Shown here: one piece after another, positions 37,867-47,272 of the stretch
Layout: every line of letters starts with the position of its first letter
Numbering within the stretch: position 1 is the stretch's first letter
From: Vulcanimicrobiota bacterium
GTDB lineage: Bacteria; Vulcanimicrobiota; Vulcanimicrobiia; Vulcanimicrobiales; Vulcanimicrobiaceae
Direction of reading: 5' to 3'
DNA: 64,000 nt
NCBI GenBank assembly: GCA_963818925.1
Contig: CAWFTN010000001.1
Span: 3,357,104 to 3,421,103 of the forward strand
Position numbers and translations under genes: made by a program
Notes under the pieces: generated by a model
The model's input: the letters and a program-made list of their open reading frames with translations, nothing else
The model's database searches: none
Told to the model about the DNA's origin: nothing

Positions 37867-39879
37867 ATGACAGTAACGCGTGCGCTAGCCGCGATCGCAG
37901 CACTCTTCTTGACCACGGCGATAACCGCCCGGGGATTCATCCCTGCTCAACTCGATGCGCAGTCGAAATACGAAGCGGTCGTCGTTGCCTCACCGAGCGA
38001 AGCTCAAGCGAAGGCCGATGAACTCGGACTTGCAACCTACGTCCATCGGATGGGGAGCCCGGGCGATTTACGTAGCGCGAAGTACGTGCGCGATCAACTC
38101 GCTGCGGCGGGTTGGGATGCGAAACTTGTGACGTACAATGTTGCCATCTCGTGGCCGTATGAGCAGCGTCTAACGCTGGTGGGGAAGCGTTCGCCGAACA
38201 TCGATCTCTACGAGCCGGCGGTACCGGGCGATCCGTATTCCGCAAATCATAAGGCGATCGGCATCCCGTATTCCGGCTACAGCGTCGATGGCGAAGTGAC
38301 CGGTCCTGTGATCTATGCGAATCACGCAGCTCCTGAAGACTTTGCAGCGCTTGCGGCGATGGGTGTTTCCGTCAAGGGGGCGATCATCGTTGCGCGCCCC
38401 GGCGGAAATCCACTCACGATGAAGGCATATGAAGCGGCGAAGCACGGTGCTAAAGCGGTGCTCGTCTTTCCCGATCCGCTCGAGGGCGGGTACTTCAAAG
38501 GTGAAACATATCCCAATGGCCCGTGGCGTCCGCTGGGTGGCGCAATGCGCAATACACTGACATTTACCGACGATCCCGGCGACCCGACCGCTGTCGGTAT
38601 TCCGGTGCCCGGTGCGCCGCACAAACCGTTCTCGGCTATTGCACTTCCGCCGATTCCGGAAATGCCGATCACCGGCGTGGTTGCAAAGCAATTACTGGCT
38701 GCACTTGGCGGCCCCGTTGGTCCGTCGGAATGGCATCCCGGGTTTGCGTTTCCGCTGCATCTCGGAGGCGACGTGCAAGCGCACTTCGTCATCAAGAGTA
38801 AGCGTTTTTATGGACCGATTTGGGATGTCATCGCAACAATGCCGGGCATCGATACGAACCATATGGTCGTCGTCGGCGGCCATCGCGATGCGTGGACGTA
38901 CGGCGCAGTCGATCCGATCAGCGGCACCGTAGATCTCTTGCAACTCGGTCGCGCGTTCGGAAAATTGAAGGCAGCCGGGTGGAAGCCGCAACGCACCATC
39001 GTCATTGGTTCTTGGGATGGCGAAGAACTCAATCTTTTCGGCAGCGACGAATGGGTTGAGCAGCACGCAGCCGAGTTGCGTGCCGGTTGCGTCGCGTACG
39101 TCAACACCGACGAAGTGGCGTTCGGCTCGCGTTTCGGCGCGTATGCGACTCCGGACCTCAGCGGCATGCTGCTCGATGCGGCAACTGCCGTCAACGCGCC
39201 CAACGGAGAATCGCTTGTAACGTACTGGAAGGCGCAAGATAAAAACATGGCGGTCGATCCGATCGGCGGCGGGAGCGACCACGAGCCGTTCGTCTATCAC
39301 CAAAACATCCCGGCTGCGGGAGCAGGCTATGGCGGCCCGTTCGGCACGTATCACTCGGCGTATGATGACCCCGCATCGCTTCGCGTCTTCGATCCGGGGA
39401 TGCACGAAGCTGCAGCGATTGCGCGTTACACGTCGATTGTCGTCCTCCGGCTTGCCGACGCGGCGTATCCGGATTTGCGTCTGACGCTGCTCGCGCAAGC
39501 GTTGCAGCAACGTGTCACCACGTTCGCGAAGCCTACAGGCAGAAATGACGCACGGCGCGCGGCTGTTGCTGCGCAACTGCAACCGGATGCCGAAGCCTAT
39601 CTCACTGCGGCGAAAGCGCTCGATGCAAAAGCCGACGCAGCGCTCGCGCGAGGAGACACGGCGGCGGCCGATGCTGCGTACGCAAAATTGCGCGCATCGG
39701 AAGACGCATTCTTTCAGCCCGATTCGACTAAATGGACGCGCACGCTTCTGTACAGCGTGAGTGGTTATGCAGGCACGGTACTCCCATCTCTCGATGACAC
39801 GCTGGGGGTGAATGCTGATACGGCTCTCACGACGTTGAACAACGCGTTCAAAGCTGCGACGGCTGCAGCGGAGCGTTGA
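37867..39879 (+). CDS. M28 family metallopeptidase with PA domain (glutamate-carboxypeptidase-II/transferrin-receptor-like)
   Basis: Signal peptide. PA domain region. Zn ligands in GGHRDAW, GSWDGEELNLFGS, VNTDE and GGGSDHEPF. Confidence 0.8.
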   Translation: MTVTRALAAIAALFLTTAITARGFIPAQLDAQSKYEAVVVASPSEAQAKADELGLATYVHRMGSPGDLRSAKYVRDQLAAAGWDAKLVTYNVAISWPYEQRLTLVGKRSPNIDLYEPAVPGDPYSANHKAIGIPYSGYSVDGEVTGPVIYANHAAPEDFAALAAMGVSVKGAIIVARPGGNPLTMKAYEAAKHGAKAVLVFPDPLEGGYFKGETYPNGPWRPLGGAMRNTLTFTDDPGDPTAVGIPVPGAPHKPFSAIALPPIPEMPITGVVAKQLLAALGGPVGPSEWHPGFAFPLHLGGDVQAHFVIKSKRFYGPIWDVIATMPGIDTNHMVVVGGHRDAWTYGAVDPISGTVDLLQLGRAFGKLKAAGWKPQRTIVIGSWDGEELNLFGSDEWVEQHAAELRAGCVAYVNTDEVAFGSRFGAYATPDLSGMLLDAATAVNAPNGESLVTYWKAQDKNMAVDPIGGGSDHEPFVYHQNIPAAGAGYGGPFGTYHSAYDDPASLRVFDPGMHEAAAIARYTSIVVLRLADAAYPDLRLTLLAQALQQRVTTFAKPTGRNDARRAAVAAQLQPDAEAYLTAAKALDAKADAALARGDTAAADAAYAKLRASEDAFFQPDSTKWTRTLLYSVSGYAGTVLPSLDDTLGVNADTALTTLNNAFKAATAAAER

Positions 39880-41567
39880 CCGCCATGGCGCGTCGGTGGA
39901 TCGTGGCGCTCTGCCTGTTCACGGGATTGATGGATCTTGTCGGCTTCGCAACACTCACGCTCTTGCCATGGCGCGCCGAATCCGGGCTACGGCTCGCATC
40001 GACCAACGTCGCCTTCGAACGCGTCGTCGTTGACGCAACTGGGCCGGCCGCGCAAGCCGGCATTCGTGCCGGCGACGTGATCGACGCTCGCGAATACGCA
40101 CAAGAGAACTATCTCGGCATCAACAACGCACCGGTGCGGTTCAATGTGCAGCGCAACGGCCGCGCAATCCCGGTGACGCTCGTGCCGCAGCGCGCCCGGT
40201 TCGAATGGGGCGACCTCGTTCGTTATGTTGCCGTGCTATGGATCGTGCTCTTTGCGCTGCTCATTGCGACAAGGGGACCCGACACGCGAGCGACGTGGCT
40301 GTTATCGCTTGCGCTCGCATTGCAAGCGTTGGAAACCGCTGCCGGTCAAGCGTTCTGGCCGGTACCTTGGGCTGCGGCGGCGAGCTTAATAGCGGCGGTT
40401 GTCTTGTGGAATGCCGTCTATGTCGTGCTCGCGTTGTACGCATGGCGTCCTGTATGGAGCATCGTTACGTGCGTCCTCGCGGTGGTGTGCGACATACCGG
40501 ACATCTTGCGGTACTCGACCATCGCGCATCTGTGGTTCGATCCGCAATTTTCATTTCCAACATGGACGCTCGTCCTGTATGCGGTGCCCATCGCACCGCT
40601 CATGGTATGCGGCGTGCTCGCCGCACGGTCCGCAATCGGTGCCGACCGGCAACGCATTGCGTGGGTCTTCGCCACGTTCGGCGTCTTCTGGGCGATCTGG
40701 TTTCTTAGTGTCGTAGCGTCGGTGTTCGCGTCTGCGTTGCCGGGCGCGTTGCGCAGCGCATTGTCGAACGCGGGAAATGCGGCGCTGTTCCTCGTTCCGC
40801 TCGGAATTGGCTATGCGGCCGTTCGCCGGCGCTTATTCGACGTGGGGTTCGTATTGAACCGCGCCGCAGTATTTGCGATCGTATCAGCGATCGTCGTCGG
40901 CTGTTTTGTGCTGCTCGAGTGGCTGCTCGCGAAATGGTTCGAAAACGTAAGCCACGAGACGAACGTCCTTGCGAACGTCGTGCTGGTCCTCGTCCTGGGT
41001 TTCTCAATGCGGTACATTCATCACGCAGTCGACGTCTTCGTCGATCGCACGTTCTTTCGTAAGCGCCACGAGGACGAGGCGGCGCTCCAGCTATTCGCGG
41101 GAGAGGCGGCATATATCACCGATGCTTCGATTCTGCTCGAGCGCATGGCGGAAATTCTGGAGCGTCACGCGGACGCGTCCTCCGTCCATGTCGCGTTAAG
41201 TAACGGAAACGGCCATTACGGCAGCATAACCGAGAACGATCCTGGGATCGTGTCGCTGCGCGCATGGAAAAAAGTCGTCGACTTACACGATGTTCGAACG
41301 GAGCTTCCTGGGGAACTGGCCTTTCCAATGGTTGCGCGCGGCCGGTTGCTCGGTGCGCTTACGCTCGGTGCAAAATCGTCAGGAGACGCGTATGCACCGG
41401 ACGAATCGAAAGCGATCGCGAATGTTGCGGGCAGCGTTGCTGCGGCGCTCGACCTCATGGATACCACTTCCGGTCGAGACGCGCTACTCGAGCGGCTCGA
41501 CGGCCTGACTAAAATGATCGCGCGACTGCAGTCTTCCTACGATACGTTCAACGACGAAAGGCGATGA
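39876..41567 (+). CDS. Polytopic membrane protein with N-terminal PDZ-like segment and C-terminal GAF-like domain
   Basis: AQAGIRAGDVIDAR resembles a PDZ GLGF-region. About 7-8 TM helices. C-terminal ELAFPMVARGRLLGALTLGAKSSGDAYAPDE is GAF-like. The start overlaps the M28 stop (ATGA). Confidence 0.5.
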   Translation: MTAMARRWIVALCLFTGLMDLVGFATLTLLPWRAESGLRLASTNVAFERVVVDATGPAAQAGIRAGDVIDAREYAQENYLGINNAPVRFNVQRNGRAIPVTLVPQRARFEWGDLVRYVAVLWIVLFALLIATRGPDTRATWLLSLALALQALETAAGQAFWPVPWAAAASLIAAVVLWNAVYVVLALYAWRPVWSIVTCVLAVVCDIPDILRYSTIAHLWFDPQFSFPTWTLVLYAVPIAPLMVCGVLAARSAIGADRQRIAWVFATFGVFWAIWFLSVVASVFASALPGALRSALSNAGNAALFLVPLGIGYAAVRRRLFDVGFVLNRAAVFAIVSAIVVGCFVLLEWLLAKWFENVSHETNVLANVVLVLVLGFSMRYIHHAVDVFVDRTFFRKRHEDEAALQLFAGEAAYITDASILLERMAEILERHADASSVHVALSNGNGHYGSITENDPGIVSLRAWKKVVDLHDVRTELPGELAFPMVARGRLLGALTLGAKSSGDAYAPDESKAIANVAGSVAAALDLMDTTSGRDALLERLDGLTKMIARLQSSYDTFNDERR

Positions 41568-41568
41568 T

Positions 41569-41964
41569 ATGGCGAGAGCCGACGTTCACGAAGCGACGCG
41601 TCTTTTAGCAATAGCGCCGCAGTTTCTCGTCGACGACCTTGCTCTCGCGGTTGCGTACTACCGCGAAAAGCTAGGCTTCGAAGTCGAGTTCGAGTACGAG
41701 GGATTCTACGCGAGCGTTACACGCGACGGGTTCCCCATAGACCTTAAGGAAGCTCCAAAACTGGCCGTAGAGCGAGAACACCGCCGGCGCAACGAGCACC
41801 TCGACGCGTATATCTCGGTTTGTGGTATTGAATCGTTGTTCAAAGAAATTGAAGCCCGCGGCGCGGAAGTACTAACGCCGCTTCAGCAGCGGCCGTGGGC
41901 GTGCGTTGATTTTTACGTGAAGGACCGCGAAGGCTATATTTTGTGCTTTAGTGAGCCGGTTTGA
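41569..41964 (+). CDS. VOC family protein (third paralog)
   Basis: FLVDDLALAVAYYREKLGF ... VDFYVKDREGYILCF. Starts 1 nt after the upstream stop. Confidence 0.8.
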   Translation: MARADVHEATRLLAIAPQFLVDDLALAVAYYREKLGFEVEFEYEGFYASVTRDGFPIDLKEAPKLAVEREHRRRNEHLDAYISVCGIESLFKEIEARGAEVLTPLQQRPWACVDFYVKDREGYILCFSEPV

Positions 41965-42297
41965 ACGATATCTAGGATTCGGCGGACGACTTCATCGACG
42001 CTCGCAGTAGTATCCAATGCATAGTCCGCCAACGTTCGCAATCGCGGCTGAATGACATCGCGCTGAGCCAGCACGCGCGCGAGCTCGTCGAAACGTTTTC
42101 CGTAGTGGTTGTTGACGCGATTTGTCGACCGATTGGCCGTCACCGTCGCCGGAGCGGTGAGAAGCACGATGTAATCGAACCGAGCGCGAAACTTCCCATA
42201 TTCGGCGCGCAGCCGGAAACGAACAGTAGGTCAGGTTCGAGACGAGCGTTGATTTGCCGGTACGAGAAAGGCCAGTGAGAAGGACTCGCTTGCATGA
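41934..42297 (-). pseudogene. Degraded P-loop kinase (AAA_33/shikimate-kinase-like) remnant
   Basis: Walker A VLLTGLSRTGKSTLVSNL in one frame. C-terminal DYIVLLTAPATVTANRSTNRVNNHYGKR...DVIQPRLRTLADYALDTTASVDEVVRRIL in another. The region between is deleted. Overlaps the ocd start. Confidence 0.5.
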
Positions 42298-42315
42298 TCT
42301 TACCTCGTCAGTTCG

Positions 42316-43215
42316 ATGCTCTTCCTTACTGAGGCGGACGTTCGCGCAGTCCTGCGATGGGACGAGTTAATCGCAGGCATGGAACGAGCGTTGATCGAGT
42401 TCTCGTCCGGTCGCGTCGTTCAGCCGGTGCGCCATTTCCTTACGCTCGAGGAAGACAAGCGACACTTTTTAAGCATGCCTGCGGCCACCGAACATGCCAT
42501 GGGTGTCAAAGCGGTGACGTTTTATCCCGCCAACGAGGGGACCGATGTACCGACGCATACGGCGATCGTGTTGCTCTTCGATCCCCGAACCGGTGAACCA
42601 CTTGCGGTGATGGACGGCCGGCTGCTCACAGAAATGCGAACAGCCGCCGTCTCCGCAGCCGTCACGAATTGCTTAGCATCCCGGAAAAGCCGGGTTCTCG
42701 CGCTCATCGGAAGCGGGGTTCAAGCGAAGGCGCATCTTGAAGCACTGCGACACGTGCGCGATTTTGACGAAGTGCGTGTCCATAGCCGAACGCGCGCGCA
42801 CCAAGAGCTGTTCGCGCAGACGTACGGTGTGGAAATGATGGATGCGGAATCCGCGGTACGTGGCGCCGACGTTATTGTAACGGCGACCACAGCGATGCAT
42901 CCGGTCCTGATGGGTGGGTGGCTCAAGCCAGGCGCTCACGTGAACGCGATCGGGGCCGCGCGACCAACGTGGCGTGAACTCGACGACGAGGCGATGCGTA
43001 ACGTCGTGATCGCTGATTCACGGGAAGCGGTGTTGCAAGAAGCCGGCGACGTAATTTTGTCAAAAGCGGAAATCTATGCAGAAGCCGGCGAGATACTTTC
43101 CGGTACAAGACAAGTAGCGCCCGGCGAAACCACCGTATTCAAATCGGTCGGCCTTGCAATCGAAGACATAGTCGCGGCGAAGTTAGTTTTCGATCGCATA
43201 CGAGGGAAATCGTGA
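42316..43215 (+). CDS. Ornithine cyclodeaminase/mu-crystallin family protein
   Basis: 299 aa. ALIGSGVQA Rossmann motif and typical OCD family layout. Confidence 0.8.
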   Translation: MLFLTEADVRAVLRWDELIAGMERALIEFSSGRVVQPVRHFLTLEEDKRHFLSMPAATEHAMGVKAVTFYPANEGTDVPTHTAIVLLFDPRTGEPLAVMDGRLLTEMRTAAVSAAVTNCLASRKSRVLALIGSGVQAKAHLEALRHVRDFDEVRVHSRTRAHQELFAQTYGVEMMDAESAVRGADVIVTATTAMHPVLMGGWLKPGAHVNAIGAARPTWRELDDEAMRNVVIADSREAVLQEAGDVILSKAEIYAEAGEILSGTRQVAPGETTVFKSVGLAIEDIVAAKLVFDRIRGKS

Positions 43216-43273
43216 GTCAGCTTGCGTTTCTCGGATAGGCTGGGTCCGCGCACAATACTATGCTAGAGCGACT

Positions 43274-44098
43274 ATGGCAAGCGCGATTACCGCACGCGAG
43301 TTCAAGCTGTTGCTTCAACCTGGCTTATTCCCGACGAAGAAATCCCTCCTCGAATTCAATAGTCGTCTTGCGAAGATCTCGCAGCAGGCGGGAATTGATT
43401 ACGAGCCGTTCGATCGAATCGATTCGGAGTTGCGGGAAGTCCAGTTCTTCGATACACCGGACGCGGCGTTTCGACGCAACCACGTGATTTTACGGTTGCG
43501 GAGAGATCGCTCCAGCGGCTGGCCTGACGAGACATGGGAAGTGACCTTCAAACGACGGTCGCCGGATTTTCGTGAATCGGGCGACTTTGATGTCGACACG
43601 ACGATGAAAGAAATAGCCGTACAGCGGAAGTTCAAGGAGGAGATCATCCGGGGCGATACGGCAGGAACGATCAAGAGTATCTTTTCCAATAACCTGATCG
43701 GTTATTATCCGGTCGTCAAGTTCGAGCAGCCAATGTCTAAAATTGTAGAGATCTTCCCTGGTCTCAAGAATCTGAACTTGGACCCTGCAGCGACCGTGTC
43801 AGCTGTGAACGGTGCTCGCGTTTTTGAAATAGGCGCGCGCCTCGGAATGTACAACTTCGGAAAGAACACATCAGCACATGCGGACCTCGCCGTGTGGACG
43901 CGTCCGACGACAGATGCGTTTCATGTGCTCGTGGCGGAATTTGGCTGGTCCTACCATATGAAGGGCGACGTAAGCAAACAACAAACGGCTCACGCGGTCG
44001 CGGACAACTACTATAAGACATTACAAGATCCACTCGCGAACGAACTCTTCGACGGCACGACGAAGACTGCATTGATCTATGGAAGCGCAGAAGTCTAG
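43274..44098 (+). CDS. Hypothetical protein in a lower-GC segment
   Basis: 274 aa, no confident domain. Weak CYTH-like N-terminus (AREFKLLLQ). GC is noticeably lower than in its neighbours. Confidence 0.4.
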   Translation: MASAITAREFKLLLQPGLFPTKKSLLEFNSRLAKISQQAGIDYEPFDRIDSELREVQFFDTPDAAFRRNHVILRLRRDRSSGWPDETWEVTFKRRSPDFRESGDFDVDTTMKEIAVQRKFKEEIIRGDTAGTIKSIFSNNLIGYYPVVKFEQPMSKIVEIFPGLKNLNLDPAATVSAVNGARVFEIGARLGMYNFGKNTSAHADLAVWTRPTTDAFHVLVAEFGWSYHMKGDVSKQQTAHAVADNYYKTLQDPLANELFDGTTKTALIYGSAEV

Positions 44099-44170
44099 CT
44101 TGACGGGCAGATGATCCCGGAAAACGTCCGTTTCGTCACGCGCCGGTTGCAGATAATACCGGCGGGCCGC

Positions 44171-45100
44171 TCATGAGATTGGCGGTGCCGACGAGCGTGC
44201 AGACATTATCTGCGTTCCGCGGTATTCACGCACGCGCACGCCTTGCGGGCCACGACACGTCAATTGTGCCGCAGGTCCAACTTCGCTGGAAACCATCACG
44301 CCGAATGTGCCGCGCGGAGCCACGAGGGTTACCAACGAGTGTTCGGAGTCAATCCGCGCCACAGATTCTACGGAGAACGCGTCGCGAGCCGCAATACCGA
44401 GTTGTTGATGCGCGTAGACGATTGCCGCCTGCACCACGGGCGCGAATCCGATCCGCCCTCGCAGAATAATAGGAAGAACCTCGCCGGCATCGGCACGTTC
44501 GACGAAGTTTGGTGCGATCGCCGGGGGCACGCGTCCGTACAACTCTCCCGACGGCAAAACGAGGACGTTCGCGGCGAAGCGATCGCCGCCCACATGTGTC
44601 GTTTCCCAGACGCGTCCGGGGCGAACGCGCTGCAATGCTTGCGCAACAGGCCGTCCGCGCAGCGCGCAACAGGCGTCGTGACGCCCGTGCGTGCAAACTA
44701 AGTAAACCGGTGCGGCATCGATCGTGACCGAAGGGCGGTGCGGGCCGCCGCTCTCGAGTTCGTCTGCGAGTTGCGCCAAATCATTGAAGCGCCACCAGAC
44801 GATCGTCCGTGCGCCCGTATGTGTGTCGGCGATTCCTACATCGTAGCCGCCGGGCGGCGGGCTTGCCTCGTGTTTACCGGGCCGGCGAATCGCCTGCAGA
44901 CGCATGCCGGCGTGCGCCGCAGCGACGTCGATCCGGTGTGCGACGTCGGGATCGGCGCGGCTCTCAACCAAACCGCGCGAGCCCCACGCTCCCGGTTGAT
45001 GCACGAGCAGCACGCGCCCTTGCGGCGATGCCGTGCCGAGCATCGAATCGCCGCGCTCGTCTGCCGCGGCCGCGCACCGAAATGCCGTAGCGCGCGTCAT
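44171..45100 (-). CDS. Sucrase/ferredoxin-like (thioredoxin-like [2Fe-2S]-type) family protein
   Basis: LVCTHGRHDACCALRG cysteine cluster, characteristic of the Suc_Fer-like family. Confidence 0.55.
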   Translation of the reverse strand: MTRATAFRCAAAADERGDSMLGTASPQGRVLLVHQPGAWGSRGLVESRADPDVAHRIDVAAAHAGMRLQAIRRPGKHEASPPPGGYDVGIADTHTGARTIVWWRFNDLAQLADELESGGPHRPSVTIDAAPVYLVCTHGRHDACCALRGRPVAQALQRVRPGRVWETTHVGGDRFAANVLVLPSGELYGRVPPAIAPNFVERADAGEVLPIILRGRIGFAPVVQAAIVYAHQQLGIAARDAFSVESVARIDSEHSLVTLVAPRGTFGVMVSSEVGPAAQLTCRGPQGVRVREYRGTQIMSARSSAPPIS

Positions 45101-46185
45101 GCGGGAACGATAACGCCGTCGCGTAGGAGTTGCGAAAGCAGGGTTAAGCCTTCACGCACATCGACGCCCGGCAGATCATCGGCGCAGACGACCGCGCCCG
45201 ACGTGACGAGCCGAGTTGCTTGCGCATGGGCCATTTTCACAGGAACTTCTCTGTCGGGCAATTCGATCACCATTCCGTCATCGTGCGTGCGGATTATTGG
45301 ATGCAGACCGGGCCGTAGGCGCACTTTCTGATCCGGAGTAAGCGACGCTGCTGCAGAGAATTGTTCGAGCGGACGAAGCGGCGCGGCGCGCATTGCTGCC
45401 GCGCGGGTCCGTTGCAGCGCGCGAGCGATCTCCGCACGATCGACGCGGTCGATCGCCGTATGCAGCGCGGCAACCGTTGCCTCGAGATCCACATCGATCG
45501 CGCTCTCGTCCGACAGATCGACGCCGAGCGGTAACGAGCGACGCAGGTCAACGTCGTCTGAAAGCGTGGTGAGAATCTTGTCCGCAAGCAGCCGGCGCGT
45601 CAGCGGATGTATGCCCACGGTGAGGTGGCCTGAGATTTCGTTCAACGACGTCGCGGCGTGAATGTACCCGCGCGGCAAATAGAGCGTGTCGCCGCAGTCG
45701 AGCACGCAGTCTATGAGCGGGGTTTCGGACGCGCGCGCGGCAACGGCGGACTTGCGTTCCTGCCACGGTTGGTCGCGTAGCGGCGTCTGCAATACCGGCT
45801 CATAAATGCGCCATCGTTTGCGTCCGGCGAATTGGAGCACGAAAACGTCGTGCGTGTCGTAGTGCGGCGCGAAGCCCGTATTTTGCGGTGGTGTAAGATA
45901 GGCGTTAACTTGCACGGGATGTCCGAGATCTGCCGCGAGCGTTCCGGCAAACGATTGAATCGGTGACCATGTCCGGTGCAATCCCTGTAATACGAGCGTT
46001 GCACCCGAAGCAAACTCAGCGAGAACTTTGTCGTCGGCGACCTGATCGGCAATCTCCGCACCGGCGCCGCCGCTGCGCGTGAAGCGAGACGGCGATACAA
46101 GATCGCCGTCTCGGCTCATGCGTATGAACGGCGTGCGCAGACCTCGCCGCGATACCAGCTCGTCGACCCCATCGAGCGACAGCAA
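45097..46185 (-). CDS. JmjC/cupin-4 family oxygenase-like protein (ribosomal-oxygenase-like)
   Basis: GFAPHYDTHDVFVLQFAGRKRWRIY ... IHAATSL are the HxD...H 2OG-oxygenase cupin motifs. Confidence 0.65.
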   Translation of the reverse strand: MLSLDGVDELVSRRGLRTPFIRMSRDGDLVSPSRFTRSGGAGAEIADQVADDKVLAEFASGATLVLQGLHRTWSPIQSFAGTLAADLGHPVQVNAYLTPPQNTGFAPHYDTHDVFVLQFAGRKRWRIYEPVLQTPLRDQPWQERKSAVAARASETPLIDCVLDCGDTLYLPRGYIHAATSLNEISGHLTVGIHPLTRRLLADKILTTLSDDVDLRRSLPLGVDLSDESAIDVDLEATVAALHTAIDRVDRAEIARALQRTRAAAMRAAPLRPLEQFSAAASLTPDQKVRLRPGLHPIIRTHDDGMVIELPDREVPVKMAHAQATRLVTSGAVVCADDLPGVDVREGLTLLSQLLRDGVIVPA

Positions 46186-46301
46186 ATCCTCGAAGCCGCC
46201 ACCGGGAAGTTGCGCCGCGCTTCGAAGCAGCGGCGCAACGCCCCAGTATGACGCAGCAAATTCACCGAGCGTGAGTCCGGTGAGGCGGTAGAGCGGATCG
46301 A

Positions 46302-46541
46302 TCAGCGGCCAGCTCCAGCGTCGGCACCGCCATCGGCACCTGCATCAGCGTCGTCATCGTCATCCGCGCCGCCGTCGGCGCCGCCGTCTTGCACGCCGGG
46401 CTTACCGGACGCACCGCCGTCGGCTGGCCCTTCAGCGCCGCCGTCGGCGCCCCCGTCGTGCGCTCCCGGCGCACCGGAAGCTCCGCCGTCTGCTACACCT
46501 TCGCGACCGGTTGTATCGTCATCAAGCATCATCGGCTCCAT
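46302..46541 (-). CDS. Gly/Asp/Ala-rich low-complexity acidic peptide
   Basis: MEPMMLDDDTTGREGVADGGASGAPGAHDGGADGGAEGPADGGASGKPGVQDGGADGGADDDDDADAGADGGADAGAGR. DGGA(D/E/S)G repeats encoded by GCCGCCGTC repeats. Coding status is uncertain. Confidence 0.3.
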   Translation of the reverse strand: MEPMMLDDDTTGREGVADGGASGAPGAHDGGADGGAEGPADGGASGKPGVQDGGADGGADDDDDADAGADGGADAGAGR

Positions 46542-46731
46542 CAAAAACAGGCTGACCGCAAAAGCACGGTCACACGGCGTTTGCCCAGCCCCGCAAACGC
46601 CAAAACGTTTCACTAGTGGAAGCCATTTCCGACCCGTTGCGTTTTTAGGAACTATCGAAGGCGACAGGTCGGCGTACGGGGAGAATGTAGTGTAAATCTG
46701 AGACGGTTGCCTCATTGTCCCCGGTACGGAG

Positions 46732-47271
46732 TTGATTCACATGCGACCAGTAAGCGCAAGCCGGAAGTTCGCCTTAGCGTTCCTAGTGGCTGCACTCGCA
46801 AGCTGTGGCAACAAAGGTTCCAGCCAGCATGTTGAGGCGCCGCGAATTCCCACGGACGACAACGTTGCCGTCGCGATGCCTGCAAAACGCGTACGTGCCG
46901 AGAATGTTTTTACCGTCAGATACACGGGCAAATGGGAGTTCGTCTCACATCGCAACGACGGACGCTATCAGGGAGAGAGTGTGCGTTCGTATCACGTGGG
47001 AGATTCGATTACCGTAGTGTTCTCCGGAAACCGTTTGCGCATCTACGGCATTCGAGGCAACAACGGCGGTGTGGGAACTGTCGTAGTTCCCGGAAAGGCT
47101 GCCGCGCAAATAAACTTCTATGCGCGCACGAAAGCGACGCATGTCCTGTTGTACGACAGTGGGCCGTTAAAAGGGACGATACAAACTGCAGGGATCGTGG
47201 TATCTGCGCCTCCGCGACCACGTCAAGCCGGCTATGTCAACATAGACGAGATGCAGGCATTAACACGCTAA
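46732..47271 (+). CDS. Hypothetical lipoprotein
   Basis: Lipobox LASCG, beta-rich. Confidence 0.5.
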   Translation: MIHMRPVSASRKFALAFLVAALASCGNKGSSQHVEAPRIPTDDNVAVAMPAKRVRAENVFTVRYTGKWEFVSHRNDGRYQGESVRSYHVGDSITVVFSGNRLRIYGIRGNNGGVGTVVVPGKAAAQINFYARTKATHVLLYDSGPLKGTIQTAGIVVSAPPRPRQAGYVNIDEMQALTR

Positions 47272-47272
47272 T

